A stretch of 64,000 bases of DNA from a bacterium (GTDB lineage Bacteria; SM23-31): contig OZ252239.1 in NCBI GenBank assembly GCA_965249485.1, positions 1,952,001-2,016,000 of the forward strand. The letters are read 5' to 3'. Shown here one piece after another: positions 32,631 through 43,555 of this stretch (the first letter of the stretch is position 1; every line of letters begins with the position of its first letter). The position numbers and the translations under genes are program-made. The notes beneath the pieces are model-generated. The model was not told the DNA's origin. It saw only the letters and a list, made by a program, of their open reading frames with translations, and did not search any database.

Positions 32631-33659
32631 ATGAACTATAAATTATTTGGAAAAAGCGGTCTTCGTGTTTCTGAAATATGTTTTGGAACCATGACTTTCG
32701 GAGAAGAATGGGGATGGGGAGCATCGAAAAATGAGAGTCGGAAAATGTTCGATCTGTATGCCGAATCCGGCGGAAATTTTCTCGATACTGCTAATAAATA
32801 CACCAACGGTACCAGTGAAAAATTTGTAGGAGAATTTATTATTCCCGAACGGGAGCATTATGTTCTTGCGACAAAGTATTCATTGAGTATGCGCGACGGC
32901 GATCCGAATGCTTCCGGTAACCACCGAAAAAATATGGTACAGTCTCTTGAAGCGAGCCTGAAACGGCTTAAAACCGATTATATTGATCTGTACTGGCTCC
33001 ATGCGTGGGATTTCATGACACCGGTCGAAGAGGTGATGCGCGCGCTTGATGACATGGTGAGAGCCGGGAAAATTCTCTATATCGGAATATCCGACACACC
33101 TGCATGGATTGTTTCCAGAGCAAACATGTTAGCAGACCTACAAGGATGGACACCTTTTGTCGGGCTGCAAATTGAATTCAGTCTTGTTGAGCGTACTGTT
33201 GAACGGGAATTCATGCCTATGGCACGTGCACTCGATTTAGCGGTCACCCCCTGGTCGGTACTCGGTGGTGGGGTCTTGAGTGGCAAATATAATGTCTCAA
33301 AAAAACCTGATGCAAAGCGGGATGCTGACAAAAGAATAAATGAGAAGAATAAAAAAATTGCAGAGTCTGTATGTGGAATAGCTGACCAGATCGGCCGGAC
33401 ACCGTCACAAGTTGCAATTAATTGGGTAAGGCGTCAACCGGGAAATATTATTCCCATCCTTGGTGCAAGGACAGAACAACAGCTCAAAGATAATCTTGGC
33501 TGTCTTGATTTCGAATTGTCTGATGAGCAGAATACAACGCTTTGCGAAGCAAGTCAGATCGAATTAGGATTTCCCTATGATTTTATGTCCAGAGATGCGA
33601 TTAAAAATTTGATGTATGGAGGCACCTACGACACAATTGATAATCACAGAAACGGTTAA
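32631..33659 (+). CDS. Aldo/keto reductase
   Basis: GLRVSEICFGTM, DTANKY, SLKRLKTDYIDLY, PILGAR. Confidence 0.93.
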   Translation: MNYKLFGKSGLRVSEICFGTMTFGEEWGWGASKNESRKMFDLYAESGGNFLDTANKYTNGTSEKFVGEFIIPEREHYVLATKYSLSMRDGDPNASGNHRKNMVQSLEASLKRLKTDYIDLYWLHAWDFMTPVEEVMRALDDMVRAGKILYIGISDTPAWIVSRANMLADLQGWTPFVGLQIEFSLVERTVEREFMPMARALDLAVTPWSVLGGGVLSGKYNVSKKPDAKRDADKRINEKNKKIAESVCGIADQIGRTPSQVAINWVRRQPGNIIPILGARTEQQLKDNLGCLDFELSDEQNTTLCEASQIELGFPYDFMSRDAIKNLMYGGTYDTIDNHRNG

Positions 33660-33698
33660 TGTGTACCATGAAAGGTTCAAATATAGATTGAATTTATT

Positions 33699-35462
33699 AT
33701 GACTGAAGCTAAAAAATCTACTAAGAAAAAGATGTCTCTTACGAGTGTCAAGCATGCATTTTTGACCATAGTATGGCCGCGGAGAAAAATTCTCCTTTTA
33801 GGTCTGATTTTGATTATCATCAACAGGTTCGCCGGACTTGTTCTGCCTGGTTCAACGAAATTCCTCATAGATGATGTATTAGTCCGGAAAGATACCGAAC
33901 TTTTGAATCTACTGCTCCTTGCAGTCGGTATCGCCATATTTTTTCAGGCGAGTACATCTTTCTTTTTAACGCGGTTATTGAGTGTGGAAGCACAGCATCT
34001 TATATCGCAGTTGCGTGTTCAGGCACAAAAACAGATTGTCCGCTTACCGATCAAATTTTTCGATAATAGCAAATCGGGTGAGCTTGTCTCCCGCATAATG
34101 ACCGATGTTGAAGGTGTGAGAAACCTTGTTGGCACCGGGCTGGTGCAGTTATTGGGAGGGGTTATTACTGCAATTATTTCATTGATAATTCTGCTCAATA
34201 TCAACGCTATGATGACGGTTTATGTTATAGTACCACTGCTCATTTTTGGAATGGTTTCGATGAAAACATTTGCCTATATCAGGCCGATTTTCCGTGAACG
34301 GAGAAAAATTAATGCCGATGTAACCGGACGTTTGACCGAATCGCTTGGCGGTATCAGGGTTATCAAAGGATTCAATGCCGAAGTACGTGAGGAAAAGGTG
34401 TTCGAACAGGGTGTTGACCGGATTTTTCAAAATGTAAAGAAAACTCTCACTACAACAAGCTTTGTATCCAGCTTGGCCGTTCTGTTAATGGGCATGACCG
34501 GTATTATTATCATGGGATTCGGAGGGAACATGATAATAAATGATGAGATGACTTTCGGAGATTTTGTTGCGTTTACGCTCTACCTCGGATTTCTTATTGC
34601 GCCGATTGTGCAGATGGGTAATATCGGAACACAGATCACCGATGCATTTGCAGGCCTTGACAGAATGGAAGAAATTCTACTGCTCGACAAAGAAAGTGAC
34701 GATCCGGCGCGAAATGTCCTTCTTGATGATATTGAAGGGGATATTATTTTTGATAATGTCTCCTTTGCCTATGAAGAAAACAATATGGTTCTGAAAAACA
34801 TAACTTTTTCAGCTTCGTCAGGAACAGTGACAGCACTCGTGGGATCGTCCGGATCAGGGAAAACCACACTTGCCGGACTTGCAGCGTCATTCCTGACTCC
34901 TGTGGAAGGCACAGTGAAAATAGATGGCCACGATCTTGCCACCATCAACATTGATAATTACCGGAGCAGGTTAGGGGTAGTGCTGCAGGATGAGTTCCTG
35001 TTTGAAGGTACTATTAGGGAAAATATACTTTTCGGTAGGCCGGATGCTTCCGAAGAGAAGCTTCTTGATGCTGTTAAATCCGCACACGTTAAAGAATTTA
35101 CCGATAGATTTGATGCTGGTCTCGACACATTGATCGGAGAGCGGGGAGTGAAATTATCGGGGGGACAGCGGCAGCGTGTAGCAATAGCGCGGGCTATTCT
35201 TGCCGATCCCCGTGTTTTGATTCTCGATGAAGCGACATCAAACCTTGACACTGAAAGCGAACTCTTTATTCAGGAGAGTCTTGCACACCTGATGAAGGGG
35301 AGAACTACAATCGTAATAGCTCACCGCTTGAGTACGATAAAGCAGGCAGATCAGATTCTGGTCGTTGAAGACGGCTCGATTGTCGAATGCGGCAATCACG
35401 AATCACTCCTTCAGAAGGAGGGGAGGTATCACACACTTTATAATTATCAGATTAAAATTTAA
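33699..35462 (+). CDS. ABC exporter, fused permease/ATPase
   Basis: TM domain, GSSGSGKT, LSGGQRQR, ILDEATS, IAHRLST. Confidence 0.95.
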   Translation: MTEAKKSTKKKMSLTSVKHAFLTIVWPRRKILLLGLILIIINRFAGLVLPGSTKFLIDDVLVRKDTELLNLLLLAVGIAIFFQASTSFFLTRLLSVEAQHLISQLRVQAQKQIVRLPIKFFDNSKSGELVSRIMTDVEGVRNLVGTGLVQLLGGVITAIISLIILLNINAMMTVYVIVPLLIFGMVSMKTFAYIRPIFRERRKINADVTGRLTESLGGIRVIKGFNAEVREEKVFEQGVDRIFQNVKKTLTTTSFVSSLAVLLMGMTGIIIMGFGGNMIINDEMTFGDFVAFTLYLGFLIAPIVQMGNIGTQITDAFAGLDRMEEILLLDKESDDPARNVLLDDIEGDIIFDNVSFAYEENNMVLKNITFSASSGTVTALVGSSGSGKTTLAGLAASFLTPVEGTVKIDGHDLATINIDNYRSRLGVVLQDEFLFEGTIRENILFGRPDASEEKLLDAVKSAHVKEFTDRFDAGLDTLIGERGVKLSGGQRQRVAIARAILADPRVLILDEATSNLDTESELFIQESLAHLMKGRTTIVIAHRLSTIKQADQILVVEDGSIVECGNHESLLQKEGRYHTLYNYQIKI

Positions 35463-35488
35463 CTTTGATATTAAAAATGAAAAATGGG

Positions 35489-35613
35489 AAGATTGCTCCA
35501 CTTCATCTCAATATTAAATTCAAATCGAGAATTCGGTCGAAATGACATGTTATGATTTTATATAGTATAGATTCTTATCGTCATTGCGAGGGGCGAAGCG
35601 ATGTGGCAATCTC
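35489..35613. repeat. REP-like palindromic element (GATTGC...AATGAC / GTCATTGCGAG...GGCAATCTC)
   Basis: Two inverted half-elements flanking an AT-rich spacer. Confidence 0.55.
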
Positions 35614-35769
35614 TCTATACTGAGATGAATAAAAGCTTCAATGATGGTATATTAGGTACGGTAGAATTAGAACACCGGAAAACTCAACACCGACGACATT
35701 CGAAGAATTTGCACAGATATTTGCAGCCGTATACTCATAGTAATATAAAATCCGGATAAACTCAAAACT

Positions 35770-36981
35770 ATGTTGCTCTTTCTTTTACTTGCATTTCTTG
35801 TCCTTGCTGGAATGTACGGATATGTCGGTTGGCGTCTATTGAAACCGGCACAAATTCCATACCGGTGGAAGATAGCAACATGGTCCGTGTTCGTATTATT
35901 GGCAATTCTGGCACCGATGCCAATATTATTGCGATCATTCCAAATTGAAAACAGTTTGTCGGACATTTTAACCTGGCCGGCATATTTCGGAATTGGAATA
36001 GTACTCTTCCTCTTTACTCTGTTAATTTTGCGGGATACTGTTTTGTTCGTCGTCAAATTTGCGTTGCGATTAATAAAAGCTGTATCGTGGAAACAAACTG
36101 AGAATACAATAAATAAATCGTATGATCAGGAAAGACGCCAATTCTTAGAAAATTCAGTGAATGTCGGATTTCTTGGCGTGACCGGGATTTTAACAGGTTA
36201 TGGTTTTGTTGAGGCAAAACGGACACCATCAGTAGTAAACGTTGAAGTGCCTATCGCTCATTTACCTCAGGAACTCAACGGATTCCGCATTGTCCAATTT
36301 ACCGATATTCATGTGAGTCCCACGATTAAACGTGGCTGGATCAGCATGGTTGTTAACGAAGTGAACAACCTCAATGGCGATCTGATTGCTTTTACTGGAG
36401 ATTGTGTTGACGGATCGGTACGACGTCTGAAAAGTGATGTTGCACCGCTTGCAGATTTACATGCGCCTTATGGTAATTTTTTTGTTACCGGGAATCATGA
36501 GTATTATTCGGGGGTTGAAGAATGGATTAAAGAAATAGACCGACTTGGATTCAGGGTTCTACTCAATGAACATACCGTGATTTCCTACAATAATGCATCA
36601 ATACTTCTCGCGGGAGTTACCGACTTCAATGGTGGTCAGTATATCCCCAGCCACAAATCTGATCCGCTCCAGGCTTTGCTTGGAGCGCCTGAATGCGATG
36701 TGAAAATTCTCCTTGCACATCAACCGAAATCTATTTATGCTGCCGCAGACGCCGGGTATGATCTACAAATATCAGGCCATACACACGGCGGTCAGTTTTA
36801 TCCATGGAATTTTGCCGTCAGGTTTGCACAACCATACATCTCTGGTCTGCATCTTAATGATAAAACGTGGATATATGTAAGCAGGGGCACGGGATACTGG
36901 GGTCCGCCGATGAGAGTAGGAGCTCCCTCGGAGATAACAGTTTTGACATTACGATCTCAATCTGACATTCTGCCGTTATAA
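35770..36981 (+). CDS. Membrane-anchored metallophosphoesterase (YkuE-like)
   Basis: TM N-terminus; TDIH, TGDCVDG, GNHEYY, LAHQP, SGHTHGGQ. Confidence 0.92.
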   Translation: MLLFLLLAFLVLAGMYGYVGWRLLKPAQIPYRWKIATWSVFVLLAILAPMPILLRSFQIENSLSDILTWPAYFGIGIVLFLFTLLILRDTVLFVVKFALRLIKAVSWKQTENTINKSYDQERRQFLENSVNVGFLGVTGILTGYGFVEAKRTPSVVNVEVPIAHLPQELNGFRIVQFTDIHVSPTIKRGWISMVVNEVNNLNGDLIAFTGDCVDGSVRRLKSDVAPLADLHAPYGNFFVTGNHEYYSGVEEWIKEIDRLGFRVLLNEHTVISYNNASILLAGVTDFNGGQYIPSHKSDPLQALLGAPECDVKILLAHQPKSIYAAADAGYDLQISGHTHGGQFYPWNFAVRFAQPYISGLHLNDKTWIYVSRGTGYWGPPMRVGAPSEITVLTLRSQSDILPL

Positions 36982-37013
36982 TGTATATAAAAATTACACA
37001 GTCAGGACACATC

Positions 37014-38582
37014 ATGAAATATATTCGATATATTATGGTACTGTTTTGTTTTTCTCCCCTAATAAGTGATTATGCAACTGCACAGGAAAATGTTTACTGG
37101 GATGTGGTACAACAAATCCGTGAAGAAGGTTTTGAGCGGTCTCAGGTGATGGAGACAGCGAGTTACCTCACCGATGTGTTCGGACCCCGTTTAGCCCATT
37201 CTCCTTCGTATAATGCAGCAGCAGAATGGGCAAAGGAGAGATTAGAGGAGTTCGGTCTTGAAAATGTCCATTTTGAAACATGGGGTGAATTCGGTCTCGG
37301 CTGGGAAAACACTTATACGTCGGTTCATATGATTGAGCCGAGGTATATGCCGATCATTGCCTATCCTAATCCATGGACATCGGGAACAAATGGAAAAATT
37401 AGAGCTCCTGTTATGCTTATTGATGTTGGTTCAATGAAATCCGAAGCAGAACTCGAAGATTATCGAAATAATGTACGTAATTCTATCATATTTACCGCAC
37501 CTGAACGGAAAATGGAGCTCAATTTCACCCCGGATGCCGAGCGGTATTCGAAAGCAGACCTCGATGAGCTTGCGAAAACATTGATTGATACACCGGGAGG
37601 CGGATTCGATACTAATGATTACATCAATCATGAGACCAAATCTCAAACTTTATCCCGGACACGTGTCATGCAGTATCTAAGAGAAGAAGGTGCAGCAGTT
37701 TTTGTGTCACCTGACAATGATGGTGATGATGGAACGGTTTATGTCTACGGTTGGCCTCTCCGCAAACGTGACAGCGCAAAACCACTACCTATGGTGACAA
37801 TTGCAGCAGAGCATTATAATAGAATTGTGCGGATTCTTCAAAAGAACATTCCGGTTGAGATGGAAATCGAAATTAAATCGACGTTTTATGACGAAAATCT
37901 TGAAGATTTTAACGTGATTGCAGAGATTCCCGGCACTGACCTTGCTGATGAGTTGGTAATTCTCGGCGGTCATTTTGATGCGACTTCTACCGGAACTGGT
38001 GCGACTGATAATGGCGCCGGAAGCTCGGTGGTTATCGAAGCGGTCAGGATATTAAAAGAGATCAGTGTGCAACCCCGCAGAACGATCCGTGCGATGTTAT
38101 GGGGGGCAGAAGAATTAGGTGCGTGGGGATCGCGCGGATATGCAGCTAAACACTTCGGGAACAGAAATACTATGGAGTTAAAACCCGACCATGAAAACGT
38201 TTCTGTCTATTTTAATTATGACAACGGCACGGGAAAAATCCGGGGTATCTATCTTCAAAATAATCCCTTGGTCAGACCGATTTTTGATGCATGGATGAAA
38301 CCGTTTCACGATCTTGGAGCGACCCATCTTGCTCCAGGTAATACAGGCGGCACCGACCATCTCGCATTTGATGAAATCGGACTTCCCGGATTTCAATTTA
38401 TTCAGGATCCACTGGAATACGATTCAAGAACACACCACTCAAATATGGATGTCTTTGACCGGCTTTCAGCAGAAGACCTCATGCAGGCATCGGTTGTGAT
38501 GGCAAGCTTTGTATACCATGCATCTATGCGGGATGAAAAACTTCCGAGAAAATCTCTTCCTGAGCCAAGAATCAGAAATTAA
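37014..38582 (+). CDS. Secreted M28-family metallopeptidase (copy 1)
   Basis: Signal peptide; GGHFD, GATDNGAG, GAEE, DNGTG, GGTDH, THHSNMD. Confidence 0.9.
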   Translation: MKYIRYIMVLFCFSPLISDYATAQENVYWDVVQQIREEGFERSQVMETASYLTDVFGPRLAHSPSYNAAAEWAKERLEEFGLENVHFETWGEFGLGWENTYTSVHMIEPRYMPIIAYPNPWTSGTNGKIRAPVMLIDVGSMKSEAELEDYRNNVRNSIIFTAPERKMELNFTPDAERYSKADLDELAKTLIDTPGGGFDTNDYINHETKSQTLSRTRVMQYLREEGAAVFVSPDNDGDDGTVYVYGWPLRKRDSAKPLPMVTIAAEHYNRIVRILQKNIPVEMEIEIKSTFYDENLEDFNVIAEIPGTDLADELVILGGHFDATSTGTGATDNGAGSSVVIEAVRILKEISVQPRRTIRAMLWGAEELGAWGSRGYAAKHFGNRNTMELKPDHENVSVYFNYDNGTGKIRGIYLQNNPLVRPIFDAWMKPFHDLGATHLAPGNTGGTDHLAFDEIGLPGFQFIQDPLEYDSRTHHSNMDVFDRLSAEDLMQASVVMASFVYHASMRDEKLPRKSLPEPRIRN

Positions 38583-38776
38583 ATAGCCTAATAAAAAATA
38601 ATTATTTTCAATTGCGATCTTTATTGTCGGCACGTTCTGCTTAACAATGATTTTCAACATCAAGCTGACAAAGTGCTTGAAAATAGCATATATGGATACC
38701 TATATTGAGACAATCTTCAAACGCATCACACGAAACCATATCTATTTCATTCATTATAAATCGTAAGAGGTTGATC

Positions 38777-40373
38777 ATGAACACCATGCGTGCATGTATT
38801 CTATCTATAATTATCATATCCTTCATTTCAACAACCATTAAAGCACAGGAACCTGTTTATTGGGATGTCGTACAGCAGATTAGGGAAGAAGGTTTTGAAC
38901 GTTCAGAGGTGATGGAAACGGCCAGTTATCTCACCGACGTTTTTGGTCCTCGTCTTGCTCACTCTCCATCCTACCTATGACGCATTGGACTGGGCGCAGG
39001 AGCGGCTGAAAGACTACGGGCTGAAAAATGTTAAAAAAGAGCCGTGGGGAGAATTCGGTCTCGGTTGGGAGAACCAATACACATCAGTCCACATAATCAA
39101 ACCGCGATATATGCCGGTAATTGCTTATCCGAATGCGTGGTCGTCCGGTACTGACGGGAAAGTGAAGGGGCGGGTTGTTTATGTAAATTTTCAGGAATTG
39201 AAGAGTGAGAACGATTTGCGCCGCTACCGGGGAAAAGTAAAAGGTGCAGTAATATTTCTCGTACCGGAAATTCCTCTTTCACAGAATTTCGATCCCGATG
39301 CTGTCCGTTTTTCACAAGAAGACCTCGACAAACGCTCACAGACAGTTATAGAGGTTCCCAGTGATGATCAGGAAATGCTCGAATTTGATATTGATATAGA
39401 AAGTGAAGGGCTTACTTTTGAAGATATTATGGAATATCTAGCCTCCGAAGGTGCTGCTGTGTTTGCATTTCCGGATTGGCAGGAGGGCGATGATGGAACC
39501 GTATACGTGTATGGCGAATTAGCCAGGTCAGAAGATGAAATTGTTCCCTATCCTGCAATTACTATGGCTGCCGAACACTATAACCGTATTATGAGGATAC
39601 TTGAAAAAGATATTCCTGTTGAAATGGAAATTGAAATTCGAACATCATTCACCACAAACACGGTTGATCACAATATCGTCGCGGAAATACCGGGTACAGA
39701 TCTTTCTGATGAACTGGTAATGCTTGGTGGTCATTTCGATGCAACATCAGCAGGGACCGGTGCCACTGACAATGGTGCCGGTAGTTCGATTGTTATTGAA
39801 GCTGTACGGATATTGAAAGCGATCGGGATTAAACCACGGCGAACTATTCGTGCCGCACTCTGGAGAGTGGAGGAAGAGGGGCTGCTTGGTTCAATCGGCT
39901 ATGTGCAAAACCATTTCGGCGATCCGCTCAGTGGTAAATTCACTGATGAGCAGGAAAAGGTTGCGGCTTATTTCAATATGGATAACGGAACCGGACGATT
40001 CCGCGGTGTTTATTTACAGGGAAATGAGCTTGTCCGACCGATTTTCACAGAGTGGATGAAACCGTTTCATGATCTCGGTATGCGCCATTTGTGGCCGGAA
40101 TTTACTGGCGGTACCGATCATCTTTCGTTCAATGCTGTAGGTCTTCCCGGATTTCAGTTCATTCAGGATGAAGTAGAATACGGCAGCAGAACCCATCATT
40201 CAAATATGGATGTATACGACAGGCTCGTACCGGAAGACATGATGCAGGCCGCTGTGATCATGGCAAGTTTCGTGTATCATGCAGCAATGCGCGATGAAAA
40301 ACTTCCTCATTCCGACAAACAGACCGAATGGAGTGCAAATGTGATTAAAAGGATACTAGGCAGAAACCAATAG
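38777..40373 (+). pseudogene. Secreted M28-family metallopeptidase (copy 2), +1 frameshift
   Basis: Signal and N-terminus lie in one frame. One extra C near 38975 shifts the frame; removing it restores alignment with copy 1 (SYYDALDW vs SYNAAAEW). Confidence 0.88.
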
Positions 40374-40415
40374 TCTAAGGTTTTATTCATAATCGATACA
40401 CAAGAAGGGATTTTC

Positions 40416-41957
40416 ATGACCATAAAATCTGTGTTTTTGTACTGTGCAGTATTGATCTGTCTGCTTCCTTCAACACTAATTGCTCAGGAAAAAATTGACT
40501 GGGATGCTGTAACAAAAATTCGTGACGAAGGATTCAACCGGTCGCAGGTAATGGAAATTGCTCAGCACATTACCGATGTGCTTGGTCCTCGTCTCAGCGG
40601 ATCACCCTCGATGCGAAATGCGCAAATGTGGGCGCTTGGGCAACTCGATGACTGGGGACTTAAAAACACGAATCTTGAACCGTGGGGTGAATTCGGAATG
40701 GGGTGGAGCAATGATTTTGTCTCGCTCCATATGACGAAACCGCAGTATATGCGGGTCATCGGATATCCGAAGGCATGGACATCTGGTACCGATGGTACGG
40801 TGAATGGAAACATTAAGATTGCACACATCCGAACTCGGGAAGATTTGGAAAAATTTCGCGGATCACTACATGCTGCTGTTGTGTTAACTGTCCCCATTCG
40901 TGAAGTAGAAATCGGATTCACGGCTGATGCATGGCGGTACTCTGATGAACAGTTACAGGAAATGTCGCGGTTTAGCCCGCAAATTGACGAGGATACACCA
41001 GCAGTACGGAATGATGATCAACAGGATTTGTTGTCTAATAGTGAAATCAGGGATTTTTTCCGTTCGGAAGAAGCTCATGCGCTACTTGATCCGGGAACGA
41101 GGGGAAATGACGGTACTGTATTCGTATCGAGTCCGAGAAGAATATCACGCAGCCCTGAAAACCCAAGAGCAATTCCCGAAATTACACTTACACCTGAACA
41201 CTACAACAGGCTTTTCAGATTAGTTGAAACGGGTATTGAAGTGGAGTTTTCACTGAATTTACAAAACACATTTTATACCGACGATCTGCAGGAATATAAT
41301 GTAATCGGTGAAATTCCGGGGACTGATCTTGCTGAAGAGCTGGTTATGGTAGGTGGACATTTCGATTCGTGGCACTCAGGAACGGGGGCAACCGATAACG
41401 GTGCCGGGACAGCTGTCGCATTGGAAGCTGTCAGAATATTAAAAGCCATAGGAGTACAGCCTAGGAGGACTATTCGGATTGCACTGTGGAGCGGTGAAGA
41501 ACAGGGACTCCTCGGTTCGCGGGCATACGTAGCTAACCATTTTGGAACGTACTCCAATCCCAAATCAGATTATGATAAATTCTCGGCATATTATCAGCAC
41601 GACTCCGGGACAGGAAGTATCAGGGGAATTGCCATACAAATGACGCCTGAACTCATTCCAATTTTCACAGAGTGGATGCGGCCGTTTCATGATATCGGAA
41701 TGACAGCACTAACAGGCCACAACTCCATTTCGCGCGGCGGTTCAGACCATGTTCCCTATGTTCAGGCCGGACTCAATGGATTTTCGTTCCTGCAGGACAG
41801 GATACAATACAGTACAAAGACTCACCACTCGAATATGGATGTTTTCGATAATCTTGTTGTAGAGGATTTGATGAAGAATGCAGTAATAACGGCGAGTTTT
41901 CTCTATCATACCGCTATGCGGGACGAGCTCCTTCCCCGAAGGAATATTGAAGAGTAG
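40416..41957 (+). CDS. Secreted M28-family metallopeptidase (copy 3)
   Basis: GGHFDSW, GATDNGAG, SGEEQGLLGS, GGSDH, THHSNMD. Confidence 0.9.
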   Translation: MTIKSVFLYCAVLICLLPSTLIAQEKIDWDAVTKIRDEGFNRSQVMEIAQHITDVLGPRLSGSPSMRNAQMWALGQLDDWGLKNTNLEPWGEFGMGWSNDFVSLHMTKPQYMRVIGYPKAWTSGTDGTVNGNIKIAHIRTREDLEKFRGSLHAAVVLTVPIREVEIGFTADAWRYSDEQLQEMSRFSPQIDEDTPAVRNDDQQDLLSNSEIRDFFRSEEAHALLDPGTRGNDGTVFVSSPRRISRSPENPRAIPEITLTPEHYNRLFRLVETGIEVEFSLNLQNTFYTDDLQEYNVIGEIPGTDLAEELVMVGGHFDSWHSGTGATDNGAGTAVALEAVRILKAIGVQPRRTIRIALWSGEEQGLLGSRAYVANHFGTYSNPKSDYDKFSAYYQHDSGTGSIRGIAIQMTPELIPIFTEWMRPFHDIGMTALTGHNSISRGGSDHVPYVQAGLNGFSFLQDRIQYSTKTHHSNMDVFDNLVVEDLMKNAVITASFLYHTAMRDELLPRRNIEE

Positions 41958-41989
41958 AATTCTATTCGATTATAATTTAAGGATAATAT

Positions 41990-42030
41990 AAAATGCAGAT
42001 GCCTCCCGGAGAAGGAGGTATCTGCATTTT
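41990..42030. terminator. Bidirectional terminator
   Basis: AAAATGCAGATGCCTCC...GGAGGTATCTGCATTTT between convergent genes. Confidence 0.8.
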
Positions 42031-42043
42031 AAGTAGGTGTAGT

Positions 42044-43303
42044 TTATTGAATGACCGGTTCGACAATCTTGCCCATAAAAAGGGTGGTATTTGAATATTT
42101 TTCCCTGATCATGAAGATAAACGGTCTGTCGATTTTGAGCTCAATTTGCTGTGGAGCAGATGTAATTCCTATACCGACTGACGTTGCAGCAGCGGCTTCG
42201 GTTCCTTCTTCATTGACATCGATAAAAGTGCTGTGTTTGACTTCATCGATATATAAATCTTGAAGAGGATTGATTTTTGCAAAATTCGCCTCTCCAGCTA
42301 AAAAGGCAACTTCCATTCCCAGTGCTTTTAATACTTCGTTTAATGATTTTTTGTATTCGAATTTGAATTTTGGCATCGTAAGAATAACATCCTCTTCATG
42401 GAGTCCATCAATCCACTCCTGAAGCTTTTCGGATTCTATCTGGGAAATCAATGAATTAATATCGACATCTTCATCAGGAAGTACAATTGTCATACTGAAT
42501 GCTTGTCCGCCGTACGGTAAATTGACAACTTGAACATCGGTACCTGAGTAGTAACCAAAGCGATGCTGCTGAAACATCATTGGTATAGATTTCACACTAC
42601 CATCGAGGAGATAAAAATTGTCATCGACCGTGTCCTGCACCTTAAATTGGCTTGTCCAATCGCCTTTGAAGAAAATTGCATTGATGAGAAACATTACCAT
42701 ATTGCCATCTATTGAATCAAGCAGTTTCGGGATTTTCCCATTTGTTTTTGTATTGACCCACTCATTAATCGTAGAAGGTGCTTCGGGCCCTTGGAGTTCA
42801 AGCGTTGCTACTTCAGCATCAAAATAGGTCCTGTTGATATCAATAAAAGTATTTTCAACACTGAAAAAATCATCAATCCAGATCGAGTTTCCGATCTGGA
42901 ATTCAATTTTATCGTCAAGTGTAAGCAGAAGATTTGTAATATGGCGATATGATTCATTAATCTCTGCATAAGATAAGTCACCGTATTGCAAGACTGATCT
43001 CATTACTTCTTCTGTTGTCCCGGAAGCGCCATTATACGTCATTGCAAGCGCCATTGACACACTGAAGGGTGAAATAAACACGTTGTCTAATTCTTCAGAG
43101 TTGTTTATTTCTTTGAATAAACTGATTCCGAAGTCGTTGGACAACCCTGTAATTTCCTGATCCATTAACGTCAACGGCTCCGGTAGTTCTCGGATTTCTT
43201 TTGGCGGACTGTTTGGATTCGTAACTGAATTCTCACTGCAGGAAAAGAGAATCGATCCGGTCAGAACAAAAACCGAAAGTAAGACAGCTATATGGTGCCG
43301 CAT
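42044..43303 (-). CDS. Serpin-family protein, probable lipoprotein
   Basis: Likely start ATG 43303 (GGAGG RBS, LFSC lipobox). NVFISPFS, NAIFFKGDW, hinge EEGTEAAAATS, DRPFIFMI. Confidence 0.92.
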   Translation of the reverse strand: MRHHIAVLLSVFVLTGSILFSCSENSVTNPNSPPKEIRELPEPLTLMDQEITGLSNDFGISLFKEINNSEELDNVFISPFSVSMALAMTYNGASGTTEEVMRSVLQYGDLSYAEINESYRHITNLLLTLDDKIEFQIGNSIWIDDFFSVENTFIDINRTYFDAEVATLELQGPEAPSTINEWVNTKTNGKIPKLLDSIDGNMVMFLINAIFFKGDWTSQFKVQDTVDDNFYLLDGSVKSIPMMFQQHRFGYYSGTDVQVVNLPYGGQAFSMTIVLPDEDVDINSLISQIESEKLQEWIDGLHEEDVILTMPKFKFEYKKSLNEVLKALGMEVAFLAGEANFAKINPLQDLYIDEVKHSTFIDVNEEGTEAAAATSVGIGITSAPQQIELKIDRPFIFMIREKYSNTTLFMGKIVEPVIQ

Positions 43304-43555
43304 AGCGTCCTCCACATAATACATAAAGATTAGTGAAACTTTAATGAAAAGACTGCTGCATTCAATTAATGATACCGATAAGATCGCAAAATAGTTCACA
43401 ACATTGTTGTTTTTCTGCAGCCTCTATTGCGTTTAAGTAAAATTTTCATACATTGAGGTACACAATGTCACATCAGCTCATTAATAATCAGGAACATTTC
43501 TTCGTGTGTAAGGTGTTATAGATTCTTATTATACAACGCACACTAAAAAATTTGA

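Noticed and set aside
38965..38980. Programmed ribosomal frameshift in M28 copy 2
   Set aside because: No slippery heptamer or homopolymer; a single inserted C explains it.
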